A DNA stretch of 64,000 bases from contig CAWALK010000020.1 in NCBI GenBank assembly GCA_963782915.1, positions 128,001 through 192,000 of the forward strand, in the 5' to 3' direction. The translations under genes were made by a program, and so were the position numbers. This stretch comes from an uncultured archaeon (GTDB taxonomy: Archaea > Thermoproteota > Bathyarchaeia > Bathyarchaeales > Bathycorpusculaceae). Shown here one piece after another: positions 21,364 to 33,094 of the stretch; within the stretch, counting starts at the first letter, position 1; each line of letters starts with the position of its first letter. Under the pieces are notes generated by a model. It did not search any database. It was not told the origin of the DNA and saw only the letters and a program-made list of their open reading frames with translations.

Positions 21364-21795
21364 ATGGCAAACAAACGGCAAAAGCAACGGGGAATATCCA
21401 CTCAACTAGCAAAAGACGCCTTCTCAAATATCTTCAAGAAACGCGCAACCCAGCAGTACCCCTCTGTACCTGCATCAGTAGCTGAAGGCTTCAGAGGCAA
21501 ACAGGTGCTCAAACTCGAAAAATGCATAAGCTGTTCTCTGTGCTCCAAGGAATGTCCCGCTAACGCCATAGAAATGGTTGATGTTGAAGGAAAAAAACGT
21601 CCCTTAATTCATCTTGACCGCTGCGTTTTTTGTTATCAATGTGCGGATACTTGCCCAAGAGGGGTGTTTGAGTCTTCTAAGATTTTTGAGTTGGCTGTTA
21701 CTGACAAGAAGACTCTTGTAATAAAACCCATGCCTGTAGCAGCGCTGGCTAAACCAGTACAATCGGCTCAGCTTGATTCAGCAGTCCAGAAATAA
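21364..21795 (+). CDS. 2x[4Fe-4S] subunit (NuoI/EchF-like)
   Basis: CISCSLCSKECP and CVFCYQCADTCP. Confidence 0.9.
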   Translation: MANKRQKQRGISTQLAKDAFSNIFKKRATQQYPSVPASVAEGFRGKQVLKLEKCISCSLCSKECPANAIEMVDVEGKKRPLIHLDRCVFCYQCADTCPRGVFESSKIFELAVTDKKTLVIKPMPVAALAKPVQSAQLDSAVQK

Positions 21796-21828
21796 ACCGT
21801 CTAACGTATCAGTTCAACTTTTGGCGTT

Positions 21829-22779
21829 TTAGACGCCTATTCCGAATTCTATGAGAATTATCTGCAAGATTGCTAATGGCAGTAGATATCTCCACATTCC
21901 TGTGATTGATTGGTCAAGGCGTAGACGAGCAAAGATAGCTCTTAAAAAGGAAATCAGCAGGACTACAGCGATGGTTTTGATGAGGAAGATTGCTATTGCT
22001 GGAATGAAGAAGAGGTCTTGTATTCCGCCGAGGTATAATGTTGCTATTAATGCGGATGCTAATACGAGTTCGAAGCTTTTGCCTAGTCTGATCATGGCGA
22101 GTTTTCTGCCGCTGAATTCGGTACGCCATCCTGCAACCACTTCTGATTCTGATTCGGGAATGTTGAATGGTGAAGCTTCCAATTCTGCCAATAAACAAAT
22201 TATCAATACTACAAAACCGATTGGTTGAAGGAAAACCAGCCATGTTGCGCTACTTTGCCATTGCCCAATGGTGCTTATTGAGAGGCTTTTTGCTGCAATT
22301 GCTGGGCCACTGAGTGCTAATGCCATTGGAATCTCAAAACTCATCATTTGAAGCATCGCACGCACTCCCCCAATGGTGCTGTATCTGTTCCTTGAAGCCC
22401 AGCCGCCAAGAAACACTGTGATAATCATTAATGCGAAAATGAACATTACAAAGACTAAGTCACCTTCAAACGCTGCAATGCCTGTGTTGCTTGCTATTGG
22501 GACAATGAATAAAGCCGTAAGAGGCAATGCAAGATAAATGATTGGCGTTATGGTGAAGAGCAGTTTATCGCATACCGCAGGCACTATGTCTTCTTTTGAG
22601 AGTAGCTTAATGAAGTCTGCGAATGGTTGGAATAACCCTGCTGGACCTGCATGTAGGGGTCCATATCTGTTTTGGATTTTCGCATAGGTTTTTCGGTCTA
22701 TCCATTCGTAGAAGAATGCTAAGATAAAGAGGAATAGGACACCTGGAAAGATGAGAATTTGGAGGATATCAAGTGCAAT
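21829..22779 (-). CDS. NuoH/EchB-like membrane subunit; homology extends upstream to an ATT codon
   Basis: In-frame upstream EWIDRK..IQNRYGP..QPFADFIKLLSKE; PFNIPESESE. Confidence 0.88.
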   Translation of the reverse strand: MALDILQILIFPGVLFLFILAFFYEWIDRKTYAKIQNRYGPLHAGPAGLFQPFADFIKLLSKEDIVPAVCDKLLFTITPIIYLALPLTALFIVPIASNTGIAAFEGDLVFVMFIFALMIITVFLGGWASRNRYSTIGGVRAMLQMMSFEIPMALALSGPAIAAKSLSISTIGQWQSSATWLVFLQPIGFVVLIICLLAELEASPFNIPESESEVVAGWRTEFSGRKLAMIRLGKSFELVLASALIATLYLGGIQDLFFIPAIAIFLIKTIAVVLLISFLRAIFARLRLDQSITGMWRYLLPLAILQIILIEFGIGV

Positions 22780-22894
22780 CGTTCCCTTAGCGCCCCTTAA
22801 AACCGTTGATTAGTCTTAGCGCGCTTTTAATATTATCGATTGCTTAGAGGGCTGTCATGGATAAATTTTATTGAAATAAGGGCTTGGCTGGAAT

Positions 22895-23230
22895 TTACAG
22901 TCTTTTTCTTGCAAAAACCAGCATTCCAACCGCTACTAAAACAATCAAGGAATACATGACGGGTAAAAAGTCAGCAGCATAAAACGATGTCATTGTGACA
23001 AATGCTAAGACATCAAAGATGAGAAAGTAAACGGCGAAGGTAAGGAACCTTTCAACGTCCAGTTTAGCCTCTTTTACCGGTGCCTGTTCCCCGCAGCTGT
23101 AAGAGGCGTTTTTTTCTTTGGTCTGGTCGCTTTTCGGGGAAATTCTTCCGCCGATTCGGTAGATAATTAATGCCGCAACCAGTGATACCCCGAAAACTAA
23201 GGGTAAAACGTATGGAATTCCAATCATCAT
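22895..23230 (-). CDS. NuoA-like subunit
   Basis: KNASYSCGE, FAVYFLIFDV. Confidence 0.85.
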   Translation of the reverse strand: MMIGIPYVLPLVFGVSLVAALIIYRIGGRISPKSDQTKEKNASYSCGEQAPVKEAKLDVERFLTFAVYFLIFDVLAFVTMTSFYAADFLPVMYSLIVLVAVGMLVFARKRL

Positions 23231-23332
23231 TTCAGACCCCTTGCGAAAAGAATTAAAGCATCCTATTAAGCTTTTGTTTTCAGTACACTCGAGGGTGGGC
23301 TAACGCTAGAAGAAGTATTACAGATTTCTCTT

Positions 23333-23554
23333 ATGGTCGCCACAATACTTCTTGCACTTTTTACCATTCAAGTTAAAAATGTTTTATATGCAGTTATCGG
23401 GTTTTGCGGAATGTGCATAACCATCGGCGGATTATTCTGGCTTCTAAATGCTCCATACGTTTCAGTTTTCCAAATATTGATCTATGCAGGCGCGGTTGTT
23501 GCCATCTTTATTGCAGCAGTCATGCTCACGACAGGCAAGGAGAGCATCCGATAA
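23333..23554 (+). CDS. NuoJ N-terminal half
   Basis: LNAPYVSVFQILIYAGAV. Confidence 0.8.
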   Translation: MVATILLALFTIQVKNVLYAVIGFCGMCITIGGLFWLLNAPYVSVFQILIYAGAVVAIFIAAVMLTTGKESIR

Positions 23555-23832
23555 TGAAATTAAACATAGCTTTCCTTATCGGTATCGTCTGCGCTATTGT
23601 AGCAATCGCACTTTTTGCAGTAGTTGCCACTCAACAATCTTTCCCCATTTACAAATCATCCAACCAAACAAGCAGCTATGTGAATGTTACAGGCAATGTT
23701 GGGTCTGAAGACAGCCGTTTCCTATGGAATAATGATGGTTTAGCTTTAATTGGGCAAGCCTTTGCTCTTTTTGCTGCTGCGGCTGCTGCTCTTGGTTTAC
23801 TAAAAATCGACGAAGAGAAGCACCATGCTTGA
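23554..23832 (+). CDS. NuoJ C-terminal-like membrane subunit (split J)
   Basis: TAATG coupling with AGGAG RBS; two TM helices. Confidence 0.6.
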   Translation: MKLNIAFLIGIVCAIVAIALFAVVATQQSFPIYKSSNQTSSYVNVTGNVGSEDSRFLWNNDGLALIGQAFALFAAAAAALGLLKIDEEKHHA

Positions 23833-24139
23833 TTTGACTTATTACATTATTTTTTCTTTGGCATTGTATGTTATTGGTATTTACTGTTTAGCGACAAAAC
23901 GTAACTTGATTCGCCTCATTTTAGGAATCGAAATTCTGGTTAATGCAGCCAACATCAACTTTGTTGTTTTTGCAGCGTATGTGATGCCTGGGTTTGTTGA
24001 TTCAATGGGGCATTCCTTCGCAGCCATCTCCATAGGTTTAGCTGGAGCTGTAAGCGCGGTTGCACTTGCAATTGTAGTGTTGATCTATAAGCACTATGGC
24101 ACTTTGGATGCGGATGAACTGAAGCGGTTGAGGAGCTAA
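23825..24139 (+). CDS. NuoK/MnhC-like subunit
   Basis: KRNLIRLILGIEILVNAAN, YGTLD. Confidence 0.88.
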   Translation: MLDLTYYIIFSLALYVIGIYCLATKRNLIRLILGIEILVNAANINFVVFAAYVMPGFVDSMGHSFAAISIGLAGAVSAVALAIVVLIYKHYGTLDADELKRLRS

Positions 24140-24142
24140 ATT

Positions 24143-25611
24143 ATGTTCACTTTACCCTTTGATTTACTATTAATATTCACCGCAGCATCCCCTGTTAGTC
24201 GGTTGGGTATCTCCCAAACAGTACAGAGCAAAAATATTGGGTGCCTTCACAGCCGTTGCCTTAGCAGTAACCGCGTTTGCACTCTACGGATTATACCTTG
24301 ACGTAGCCGCCAACAGCGCAGTTTACCTGCCCAGCTAACAGTTTGATTTCCTCGATTCTTAGAGTTGACATGCTGAGTATTTTTATGGCTTCAATCTTTT
24401 TGGGGTTAGGGCTTGCCGTAACCATCTACTCAATAGCTTATGTAGAAAACCGTAACCGAACCCCATTCTACTACACATTAATTCTCGCATTAATCAGCGG
24501 CATGTTTGGAATAGTCTTCGCAGGCGATTTACTCGTCCTGTTCGTCTTCTGGGAGCTCATGTCCATCTCCTCATACGCCCTAGTCAGCTTCTTCAAAGAG
24601 GAAGGAACATCGCTGGAAGCAGGCTTCAAATTCTTAGTCATGAGCGCAGCCGGCTCCGCAACAGCCCTCTTCGGAATATCCCTGCTATACGGCATGACTG
24701 GCACAGTAAACTTTGAAGCCCTCACCACCGCACTAAGCGGGTCAGCATCAAACATTTGGATAACTATTGCGGCAGTATTCATTTTCGTAGGTTTCGGCGT
24801 GAAAACAGCAGTTTTCCCACTACACACCTGGTTACCAGATGCTTACTCCGCTGCATCAGCCCCCGTCTCCGCCATCCTCGCAGGCATAGTGATTGGACCA
24901 GGCATTTTCGCAATCGCCAAAATATTCTTCACCGCATTCATCACTTTCCAAAACATGTGGGCACCAGCCCTCGCAGTACTGAGCATCATAACGATGCTTG
25001 TCGGCAACATAACTGCGTTGATGCAGACTGACGTAAAACGGATGCTCGCATACTCAAGCATCGGGCAAGTTGGATACATGCTAATAGGTTTGGCAGTTGG
25101 AAGCCAACTTGGCTTAACTGGGACTTTCCTGCAATTCTTCAACCACGCATTAATGAAGGGTTCGGCTTTTCTCTGTGCAGGCGCAATCATCTACCGATTA
25201 GGCACACGCGAACTCTCCGACATGCGAGGTGTAGGTCGTAAAATGCCTTTGACTGCAGTTGCCTTCGCAATTGCTGTGGTTGCCTTAATTGGGTTGCCGC
25301 CACTCGCCGGTTTCCCGGGCGAATTAACCCTATTCTCCTCCGCAGTCGAAGCGAACATGGCTTGGCTTGGAATCGCACTGCTCTTGAACAGCATTATCTC
25401 CGCAGGCTTCTACCTAAAAATAATCTACACCATAATTCAGCCGGTTGCCTCAGAAAAGGTTGAGCAAACAAAAGAAGCCCCCCTGCTCATGCTCATCCCA
25501 ATTCTTGCGTTGGCAGTTCTGATAATAATCTTCGGCGTCTGGCCCCAACCCCTCTTTAACTTTGCCCAGCAAGCAGCTGGCGCATTGATGCACTTAGGAG
25601 GCGCCGTCTAA
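24143..25611 (+). CDS. NuoN/MrpD-like antiporter subunit (frameshifts at 5' end)
   Basis: FWELM, EAGFKF, HTWLPDAY, KRMLAYSSI, NHALMK. Confidence 0.88.
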
Positions 25612-27696
25612 ATGCAGATAATCGACATAGCGCCATGGCTATGCTGGATACTTCCAATAATTGGTGCCTTAGCGGCTTTAGCATTAAACAAAGTCAACAA
25701 AAAAGCCATGAACATCACAGTAATCGCCACCGCACTGCTAAGCTGGATTATGGCTCTGCTGTTGATTCCCAGCTTATTCAACTACAACAGTGTTGACAAT
25801 TCGTTGCCATGGTTTTCAATTGCAGGCGGCCAAGTCGGCGTTGGCTTACTAATTGACCCGTTGAGCATCATTATAGTGAACGTTGTAGCATTCTTGGGTT
25901 TCCTCATCATGGTCTACTCCTCCAAGTACATGGAAGAGGACAAAGACATCGCCCGATTCTGGTTTTTTATGTCCCTATTCATCAGCTCCATGCTCCTGCT
26001 CGTCTTAGCTGACAATTTCATTATGATGTTCGTAGGTTGGAAACTGGTCAGTCTCTGCAGCTTCGGCTTAATCGGCTACTACTACCGGGACGAAAAAGAA
26101 CACTGGATCGGCGGACCTGCACCGTTTCCCTTTCACTAAACCCTCCCGCAACGGACTCAAAGCATTGCTAATGACCACATTTGGCGATGTAGCATTATTA
26201 GCTGGCATAATCATCCTCTACCTATACGCCCATACCTTCAACTTTTTGCAGCTCTTCCAAACCGCAAACACATGGCTCCCCCTGATGGCGGCTACCCCCG
26301 GCTTACTAGCCATAACCTGCGTTCTATTGCTGCTGGGTCCCTTTGCAAAATCCGCGCAGTTCCCATTCCATGAATGGTTACCTGAAGCGATGTCTGGTCC
26401 AACACCCGTTTCAGCCCTAATCCACGCCGCCACAATGGTGAAAGCAGGAGTCTACTTAATCGCCCGAATGCTCCCAATATTCTTCTTCGCAGTCTGGGTT
26501 GCAACCCCCGCCTACCCTGAAGCCTTAACATTCTTCATATTAACCGCAGTAATCGGCGCAATCACCGCTTTCCTAGGCGGCACACAAGCCATCGTCGCAA
26601 AAGAACTCAAGAAATCCCTTGCATACTCCACCATCAGCGCCATCGGTTACATGGTTCTTGCGTTAGGCATCTCAGGCTTAAGCGCTGATTCCCTGGTAGC
26701 TGGGACTTCCTCGTCGATTTTCTTCTTAATCAACCATGGCATCTTCAAAGTCATCTTGTTCCTCGGGGCAGGAGTTGTCATCCATGCTTCCGGCTCAATC
26801 TATTTGCATGAGATGAATCTGTCAACCAAAAAGATGCGGTTCACATGGATTTTCATGTGGATAGGCGCTTTGGCGTTGATGGGTGTTTTTCCGCTTTCAG
26901 GCTTCTGGAGCAAAGACAACGTCCTAATCGCCTGTTTTGAAAGCGGGCAATACGCCATATTCGCAGTTGCCCTAATCTCAGTTATTTTGACATCGTTCTA
27001 TGTGATTAGAATGATGGGCTTGATTTTCCACACTGGCACCCCCGATGGCAACGTTCACAAAGAACATGAATTCCAAGACCGCAAACTCCACCCAGAACAT
27101 GTACACGGCGAAGAAGGCCCCTGGATAATGCTTGCCCCCTACGCCATCTTGGCGGTTTTAACGGTCCTCATAGGTTTAGTCGGACCCTTAGTCAGCGGCT
27201 TCTTATCCAATGCATTCGAAGTCTACTACACAAACTCACTGGGCCTCACCGTAGCCAGCAGCACTGCCTCAGCTTCAGCCCTTAGCGGTTTAGGCTTAGA
27301 AATCGCAGTTGCCCTCGCATCAACACTAATGGTTATAATCGGTGCAATCCCCGCTTACAGATTCTACATCAACAGTAAATCAAACCCCGAAACAGTACGT
27401 TGCAAAAAGCGGCATACTCAAAGGCCTCTACACTTTCCTATGGAACCGCTGGTACATCGATGCATTCTACAAAAAAGCCTTCGTAGAACCCTCAATACGC
27501 CTCGGCAGCTTAGTACAACGCTACATCGAAAACCCCTTAGACCGCGCAATAAACGGTGGCATCCCAAGCGGCTTTGGAGCGCTTAGCAGGGTCTTCAAGA
27601 AATTCCAAACAGGCAAACTACGAATCAACATGCTGTACTTCCTGGTGTTCCTCGTTATTGCCATAGTAATCCTTATGGCTCGGAGGCTTCCTCTAA
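25612..27696 (+). CDS. NuoL/MrpA-like antiporter subunit (frameshifted)
   Basis: KSAQFPFHEWLPEAMSGPTPVSALIHAATMV, FQTGKLR tail. Confidence 0.9.
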
Positions 27697-29181
27697 ATGC
27701 AAATCCCCTACATCCTACTTCAAACAATCCTAATCCCAATCATTGCAGCAATCGTCTGTGCCTTGCTAGGCAAACAACTTAAGAAAAAAGTCGGTTGGAT
27801 AGCTTCCGCAGCCATGATCTACGTAACTGCCCTCTTAGCATACGTCGGCATCCAAATTTGGACTCAAGGCGGCGTCTTCACCGAATCGTATAGCTTGGGG
27901 TACAGTTGTTTTCGATTTAAAATTCGGTTTTCTCGCCGACGGCTTAAGCCTGCCCGTTGCATTAATCCTAAGTTTAGTTTGCACAGCAGCCACCGTCTAC
28001 TCAATCCATTACATGGACCGCAGAATAGAAACCGTTTATGGCAAAGACAAACCCAGCATGTTCTCCCTGTACTACGCATTCTTCTTGCTGATTCCAATGG
28101 GCTTAATCGGCGTTGCATTATCCACTAACACAATTGAGCTTTTCCTCTTCCTTGAAACCAGCTTAGTGCCCTTATTTGTGCTCTTAGACCTCTTTGGATA
28201 CAACCAGCGGCATAGAATAGCAATAATGGGCTTCATTTGGACCCAGCTAGGCGCCGCATTCTACTTAATGGGCGCTGTAATCGCAGGCGTCAACGTTCAC
28301 AGCTTCGATATTAGTGCCTTATCGGGGTTATCGGGAACTGATGTGGGCTTCTGGGTATGTCTGCTAATCACTGTTGGTTTTCTCATAAAAATGGGCAGCT
28401 TTGGCTTTCACGTTTGGATTCCACACGTTGACGGAGAACACGCAACTTCCGTAGCTGCAGTCCTAGCTGGCATCGTAGGTTTAGGCAGTTATGTACTTGT
28501 AAGGTTGCTGTATGGTGAGCTTCTTGGTTCCTTCCAAATCTTCAGCCTACCCCTGATGGTACTTGCCGTTATTACCATGTTTTACGCTGCGTACCTCACG
28601 ATGGGGCAAGATGATATTAAACGCCTCTTTGCCTGCTCAACTATCGGTCAAACCGCCTATTGCTTATTTGGCATCGCAAGCATGACTGCCTTGGGCGTAG
28701 AAGGCGGAGTATTCTACTTCATGAGCCACGTCATCGGCAAATGCATCCTATTCGCCGTTGCAGGCATACTCGTTATCCAAACAGGTACCCGAAGCATCAA
28801 AGAAATGGGTGGCTTAGCACAAAAGATGCCCCTAACCGCAACACTCTGCATCATTGGCGCTATGATTCTCTCAGCCATTCCCCCATTAAGCGGCTTCCAA
28901 GCTGAATGGATACTGTTTACAGGCGTATTCACGCAGGGCATCACGGGAACAGTGTACCTAATCCTTGCAGTCTTAGGCATATTTGCAACGTTCTTAACTG
29001 CTGTCTATACTTTCTGGCCTGCAATCCGCGTCTTCTTTGGGCCAATCTCGCCAAGCATGGAAAAAGTCAAAGAAGCACCCCTGAGCATGATTATCCCGAT
29101 GTTAATTTTAGCGGTCGTTTCAGTACTGATTGGGCATTTTCCCCGATTTAATAATGCATTTTCTAACATCGGTCATTTAGG
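27697..29181 (+). CDS. NuoM-like antiporter subunit (frameshifted; end approximate)
   Basis: FHVWIPHV, DIKRLFACST, MGGLAQKMP, PPLSGFQAE. Confidence 0.85.
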
Positions 29182-29252
29182 GTGCAAGTGCAAGGTTAGT
29201 ACTACTTTTACCCCTTTAGCGTCCTTTTGTTGAGTGCTAATGATTAACGAAA

Positions 29253-30098
29253 TTATTTTGCGTAGGCTGCAACGAGGTCCCGAGCGGTAATTATTCCTAC
29301 TATTTTATTGTCTTTAACGACTGGTAGTCGTCTGATATGTTTTAGCGCCATTGTAGCAGCTGTTCTGTGAACACTTGTCCCAGCGGGAATGGTGATTAAG
29401 GGCGATGAACATTCTGGACCAACCTCAGTAAACAACGCTTTGCCAACCGCCAAGAAAGCAGTAAGCAAATCGCGTTCAGTAAAAATCCCAAACGGTTCCC
29501 CCTTGCGGGTGACTATGACGCTGCCGATCCGCTGCTTACCCATCAGTGCAGCTATCGTCTCTACTGATGTTGATTCATCCGCTGAAATAACATTTTTAGT
29601 CATGAAATCGTCAACCTTGGCCTCAGTTTCGGCGACATCAGGTAAGCTTTTGATTAAATCCGAAGAAGTTAGGACGCCCAAAAGTGTTCCAGCGTCGAAT
29701 ACTCCAAGTCTTCCTTTCTTACTGATCAGGGTCTGGGCTACTTCTTTGATTTTGGCGTTCACCGATATACCTGCCAGTGGATAGGACATTATATCCTCGA
29801 CTTTTTCGTCCTTCAAAAATAGCCCCAATGCAAACACTTTGCTAAACAAGTCGCGCTCGGTAATTATCCCCACTGGTGTTTGGTACTTTTCTACGATTAG
29901 GCTTCCAATGTGTTTCTCACCCATTTGTTTGGCTGCTTCTTCCAGTGGAGTTTCGGGGGTTGTGGTGATGACGTTTTTGCTCATTAATTCGTTGGCGGTT
30001 TGGTGCTGTGGCAAATCGCGTTTGTATTCTTCGTAGGCTATGTCGACGACGCCTAAAGGTTCCTTTTTTATTTGTTCTTGAGGTGTCGACAAAAACAT
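29253..30098 (-). CDS. CBS-domain protein (two CBS pairs)
   Basis: Repeated GIITERD / GIFTERD / GIITARD. Confidence 0.9.
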   Translation of the reverse strand: MFLSTPQEQIKKEPLGVVDIAYEEYKRDLPQHQTANELMSKNVITTTPETPLEEAAKQMGEKHIGSLIVEKYQTPVGIITERDLFSKVFALGLFLKDEKVEDIMSYPLAGISVNAKIKEVAQTLISKKGRLGVFDAGTLLGVLTSSDLIKSLPDVAETEAKVDDFMTKNVISADESTSVETIAALMGKQRIGSVIVTRKGEPFGIFTERDLLTAFLAVGKALFTEVGPECSSPLITIPAGTSVHRTAATMALKHIRRLPVVKDNKIVGIITARDLVAAYAK

Positions 30099-30264
30099 TC
30101 CTCATAATAGATATTGTTGAAACGGTTAAATTAACATTTCAAACAATCATAAACTAGAAAACAACTGCACAAAAAACCGCCATAAAACCCAACAAACCAT
30201 TAATCGCCCGAACAGAAAGATTGCACCCATATATCCCCAAGCTCACAGCTAGGCAGTTGTTGAG

Positions 30265-30338
30265 CCTATAAATAAGGGAGGGGGTACCTCTGTGGAGCAA
30301 AAGACCTCTTTTGTTTTTCGTTGGTTTGCTTACGGTTT
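30265..30338 (-). repeat. Dispersed element, right half (reverse)
   Basis: rc reads AAACCGTAAGC...CAGAGGTACCCCCTCCCTTATTTATAGG, matching copies B and E. Confidence 0.75.
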
Positions 30339-30433
30339 ATTAAAAGTCGCAAGTTGTTGAACAAGAGGTTCCACTTCACGGCAACACACAAAGAAAAATC
30401 CGTTAGATCCAAAATGCAGGGACAAACTCGCCA

Positions 30434-30999
30434 TTAATACTTGTTTTTTGCTTGAATCAACCTGCTTGCCGCTATCTCACCCAGAACCGCCAAATCCTCA
30501 GTCGGCAAATACTTGCTTGCTGTCTGGTCATAAAGTATACTTGCAGCCGCAGGATACTCCTCTTTCTCCCAAACAATAAAGACCAAAGGAATACCCTTCA
30601 ACGCCATTGATTTCAGCCGAAGCATCGCCATAACTAAGCGGTTTGCCGCCCAACTTTGCAGCGGCTTCAAGTAGCTTTTGTGGGTTTTCGCCGAAGACAT
30701 CTGCGATGGGCTGAATCGCCGTTTTGATGAATGCTCCTTCGTAGGCGCAGCCGCCTGGTAAATCCTTGTACTTTACCAGTTTTCCCGATAGAGGCGTAAG
30801 AGTGGCAGCTTGAGTAGTGGGTTAGAAGTGTGGATAGGACTTCGATGGTCCAGTCGTTTAGTTTTGCGCCTGGTTGAGCGAGGTTATCGGTTATATCGCC
30901 GCTTTCCATATCGATTGTGAAACCCAAAAAGTCGTATTGTGTGCTACCCAATAACTCTTGTAATCTTTTGGCTGCCTCTGGTGAAAGATTAATTTTCAT
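30434..30999 (-). CDS. DUF3786-like protein (frameshifted)
   Basis: YKDLPGG in a shifted frame, EEYPAAASILYD..YLPTED. Confidence 0.7.
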
Positions 31000-31066
31000 A
31001 ATAACCCTTGATGAATAGATGGTTATGGACGGTTAAATTATTGCCTGCAAACCCCGATTTTCAGAG

Positions 31067-31571
31067 TTATTGGCCGATTGTGGTGTCGTAGAGCGTAGAA
31101 TTAAAGGGCACATTAAACAGCACCAGATTAGCTGAGCCTTGAACATTAACAGTTACTCTTCCGCCTCCTGTGATGAGGCCAAAAACTACGGAGGGCACAT
31201 CTGCCAAGTTGAAGGTTACAGGCGCCGATATGACGCTTTGACTGTTACCTCCGATTGTTAATGACACCGAAATCGCCAACTCCTAAACGTTGGCCGTTAA
31301 GGTAAACTGTGAAGCTTCCGCTGGGAATGTAAACGGGCAAAAAGTTAGGGTTGTTAATGTTTATTCCGATGTTTAGGGTCAAAGAACTGGAGGTTACGGT
31401 GCCTAAACCAACGTTGTTTAACTCAAACGTTAGGTTATGATATGCGTTATAGTAGTAGACGACTAAACTGACGAGCGCTATGACTATGATTATTATGATT
31501 ATTGCTGCGATTACTTTGGTGGATCCTTTTCGACTGTATTTTAGGCGTTTGACAAACTTGTTGATTAACAA
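31067..31571 (-). CDS. LEA_2/WHy-domain membrane-anchored protein (frameshifted)
   Basis: TM anchor then ININNPNFLPV, VYLNG. Confidence 0.65.
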
Positions 31572-31667
31572 AACCTTCTGTTCCTAAACCCAAGGGTCTA
31601 GCAGTTTATCAGGAAATAAAAAGAATTGTGCCTGCAATCCAACAGGAACAAAAAAGAAAGAATTTGG

Positions 31668-33074
31668 TTAGGCTTTGTCGAGGTTGAATTCTTCATGAAT
31701 CGCCCGAACAACAGCAGCGCCGTCTTTCTCTTTGACGACAAACGATATGTTGAGTTCGGAGCTGCCCTGCGCAATCATGCGGATGTTTATGCCCTTCTTG
31801 GCGACGGTGCTAAAGATTTTTGATGCAACACCCAAGGTGCCTTTCATGCTAGCGCCCATGACCGCGATGACTGCAACGTCGTCTTCTGTTGTGACTTCGC
31901 TGACTATTCCGCCTCTTTCCTGCAAAGCGATTTCAATGTTACTCACAGCTCTGCCCAGAACGCCCCGTTTGATTATCATGGATATGTTGGCTTCGGAGGC
32001 GGCGGTGGATATCATCATGACGTTGATGTTGTTTCTGCCGAGTACGTCGAAGACTTTGGCGTAGCTGCCTGGTGCGCCGACCATTGCGGCTCCGTACACG
32101 TTGAGCATTGCGACGTCTTTTATCATGGCTACTGCTTTGACTGGTTTGGTTTCGTTAGCGGCTGGTTCTTTGGTGATTAGGGTGCCCATGTTGTTTGGGT
32201 TGGCGGTGTTTCGGATTCGGACAGGTATATTTTCTTTACTGACTGGTCCGAGTGCGCGTGGGTGCATGGCTTTTGCGCCGAAAATCGCCATTTCCGCTGC
32301 TTCTTGATAGCTGAGTTGTGGTAGCATGCGTGCACCTGAGACAAGTTTGGGGTCAGTGGTCATGATGCCATCGACGTCGGTCCATATCCAGACCTCATCA
32401 GCCTGCAGGGCGACGCCAAGAATGGTTGCTGTGTAATCTGAACCGCCGCGACCAACTGTGGTGACTATGCCGTCTTGGTTTGCGGCTATGAAGCCTGTGA
32501 CAACTGGAACAACACCCTGCTCGAGTAACGGACTTAATCGTTCGCGTATAAGGTGAGCTGTGTAATTCATCAATGGGTCTGCTTCGCCGAAGTTTGAGTC
32601 GGTTACTAACCCTGCTTCTTTGCCCGTGAAGCATTGAGTTTGGGTTTGGTGGTCTTTTATGGCTCCCCAAACAATCGGTGCAGATAACCGTTCCCCAAAG
32701 GACATCACGTAGTCTTTGGATTTCGGTGTCAACTCGCCAACATAGCATATGCCTGTTAGGACTTTTTCGAGTTCAGCGATGTTTTTCTCAGTAATTTGGG
32801 TGACTTCTTTCTGGATTGCTTTGCTGGTAATCGCAGATGCGATGGCGTCTGTGTGTTTTTTGAGCAGGTCTGCTGTGAAAGCTTGGATATGAGTTTCGTC
32901 GCTTTTTTGTGCTTGGCAGCCTGTTTGGATAAGACTGTTTGTGACGCCTGCAAGTGCCGAAACGACAACGGCTACTTTGTGTTCTTTGCTGTATTGTGTA
33001 ACTAAGTCGGCAACGTGGCGTATGTTGTCGCCAGTGCCCACGCTGGTTCCACCGAACTTCATAACGATTTTCAT
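31668..33074 (-). CDS. lysC: Aspartate kinase
   Basis: MKFGGTSV, GRGGSDYTA, WTDVDG, two ACT domains. Confidence 0.96.
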   Translation of the reverse strand: MKIVMKFGGTSVGTGDNIRHVADLVTQYSKEHKVAVVVSALAGVTNSLIQTGCQAQKSDETHIQAFTADLLKKHTDAIASAITSKAIQKEVTQITEKNIAELEKVLTGICYVGELTPKSKDYVMSFGERLSAPIVWGAIKDHQTQTQCFTGKEAGLVTDSNFGEADPLMNYTAHLIRERLSPLLEQGVVPVVTGFIAANQDGIVTTVGRGGSDYTATILGVALQADEVWIWTDVDGIMTTDPKLVSGARMLPQLSYQEAAEMAIFGAKAMHPRALGPVSKENIPVRIRNTANPNNMGTLITKEPAANETKPVKAVAMIKDVAMLNVYGAAMVGAPGSYAKVFDVLGRNNINVMMISTAASEANISMIIKRGVLGRAVSNIEIALQERGGIVSEVTTEDDVAVIAVMGASMKGTLGVASKIFSTVAKKGINIRMIAQGSSELNISFVVKEKDGAAVVRAIHEEFNLDKA

Positions 33075-33094
33075 GATCTATTCAGCCTTTTTCT

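Noticed and set aside
29216-29240. CIRCE-like TTAGCG..GAGTGCTAA
   Set aside because: Left arm and spacing are wrong, and it lies between convergent gene ends; more likely a terminator hairpin
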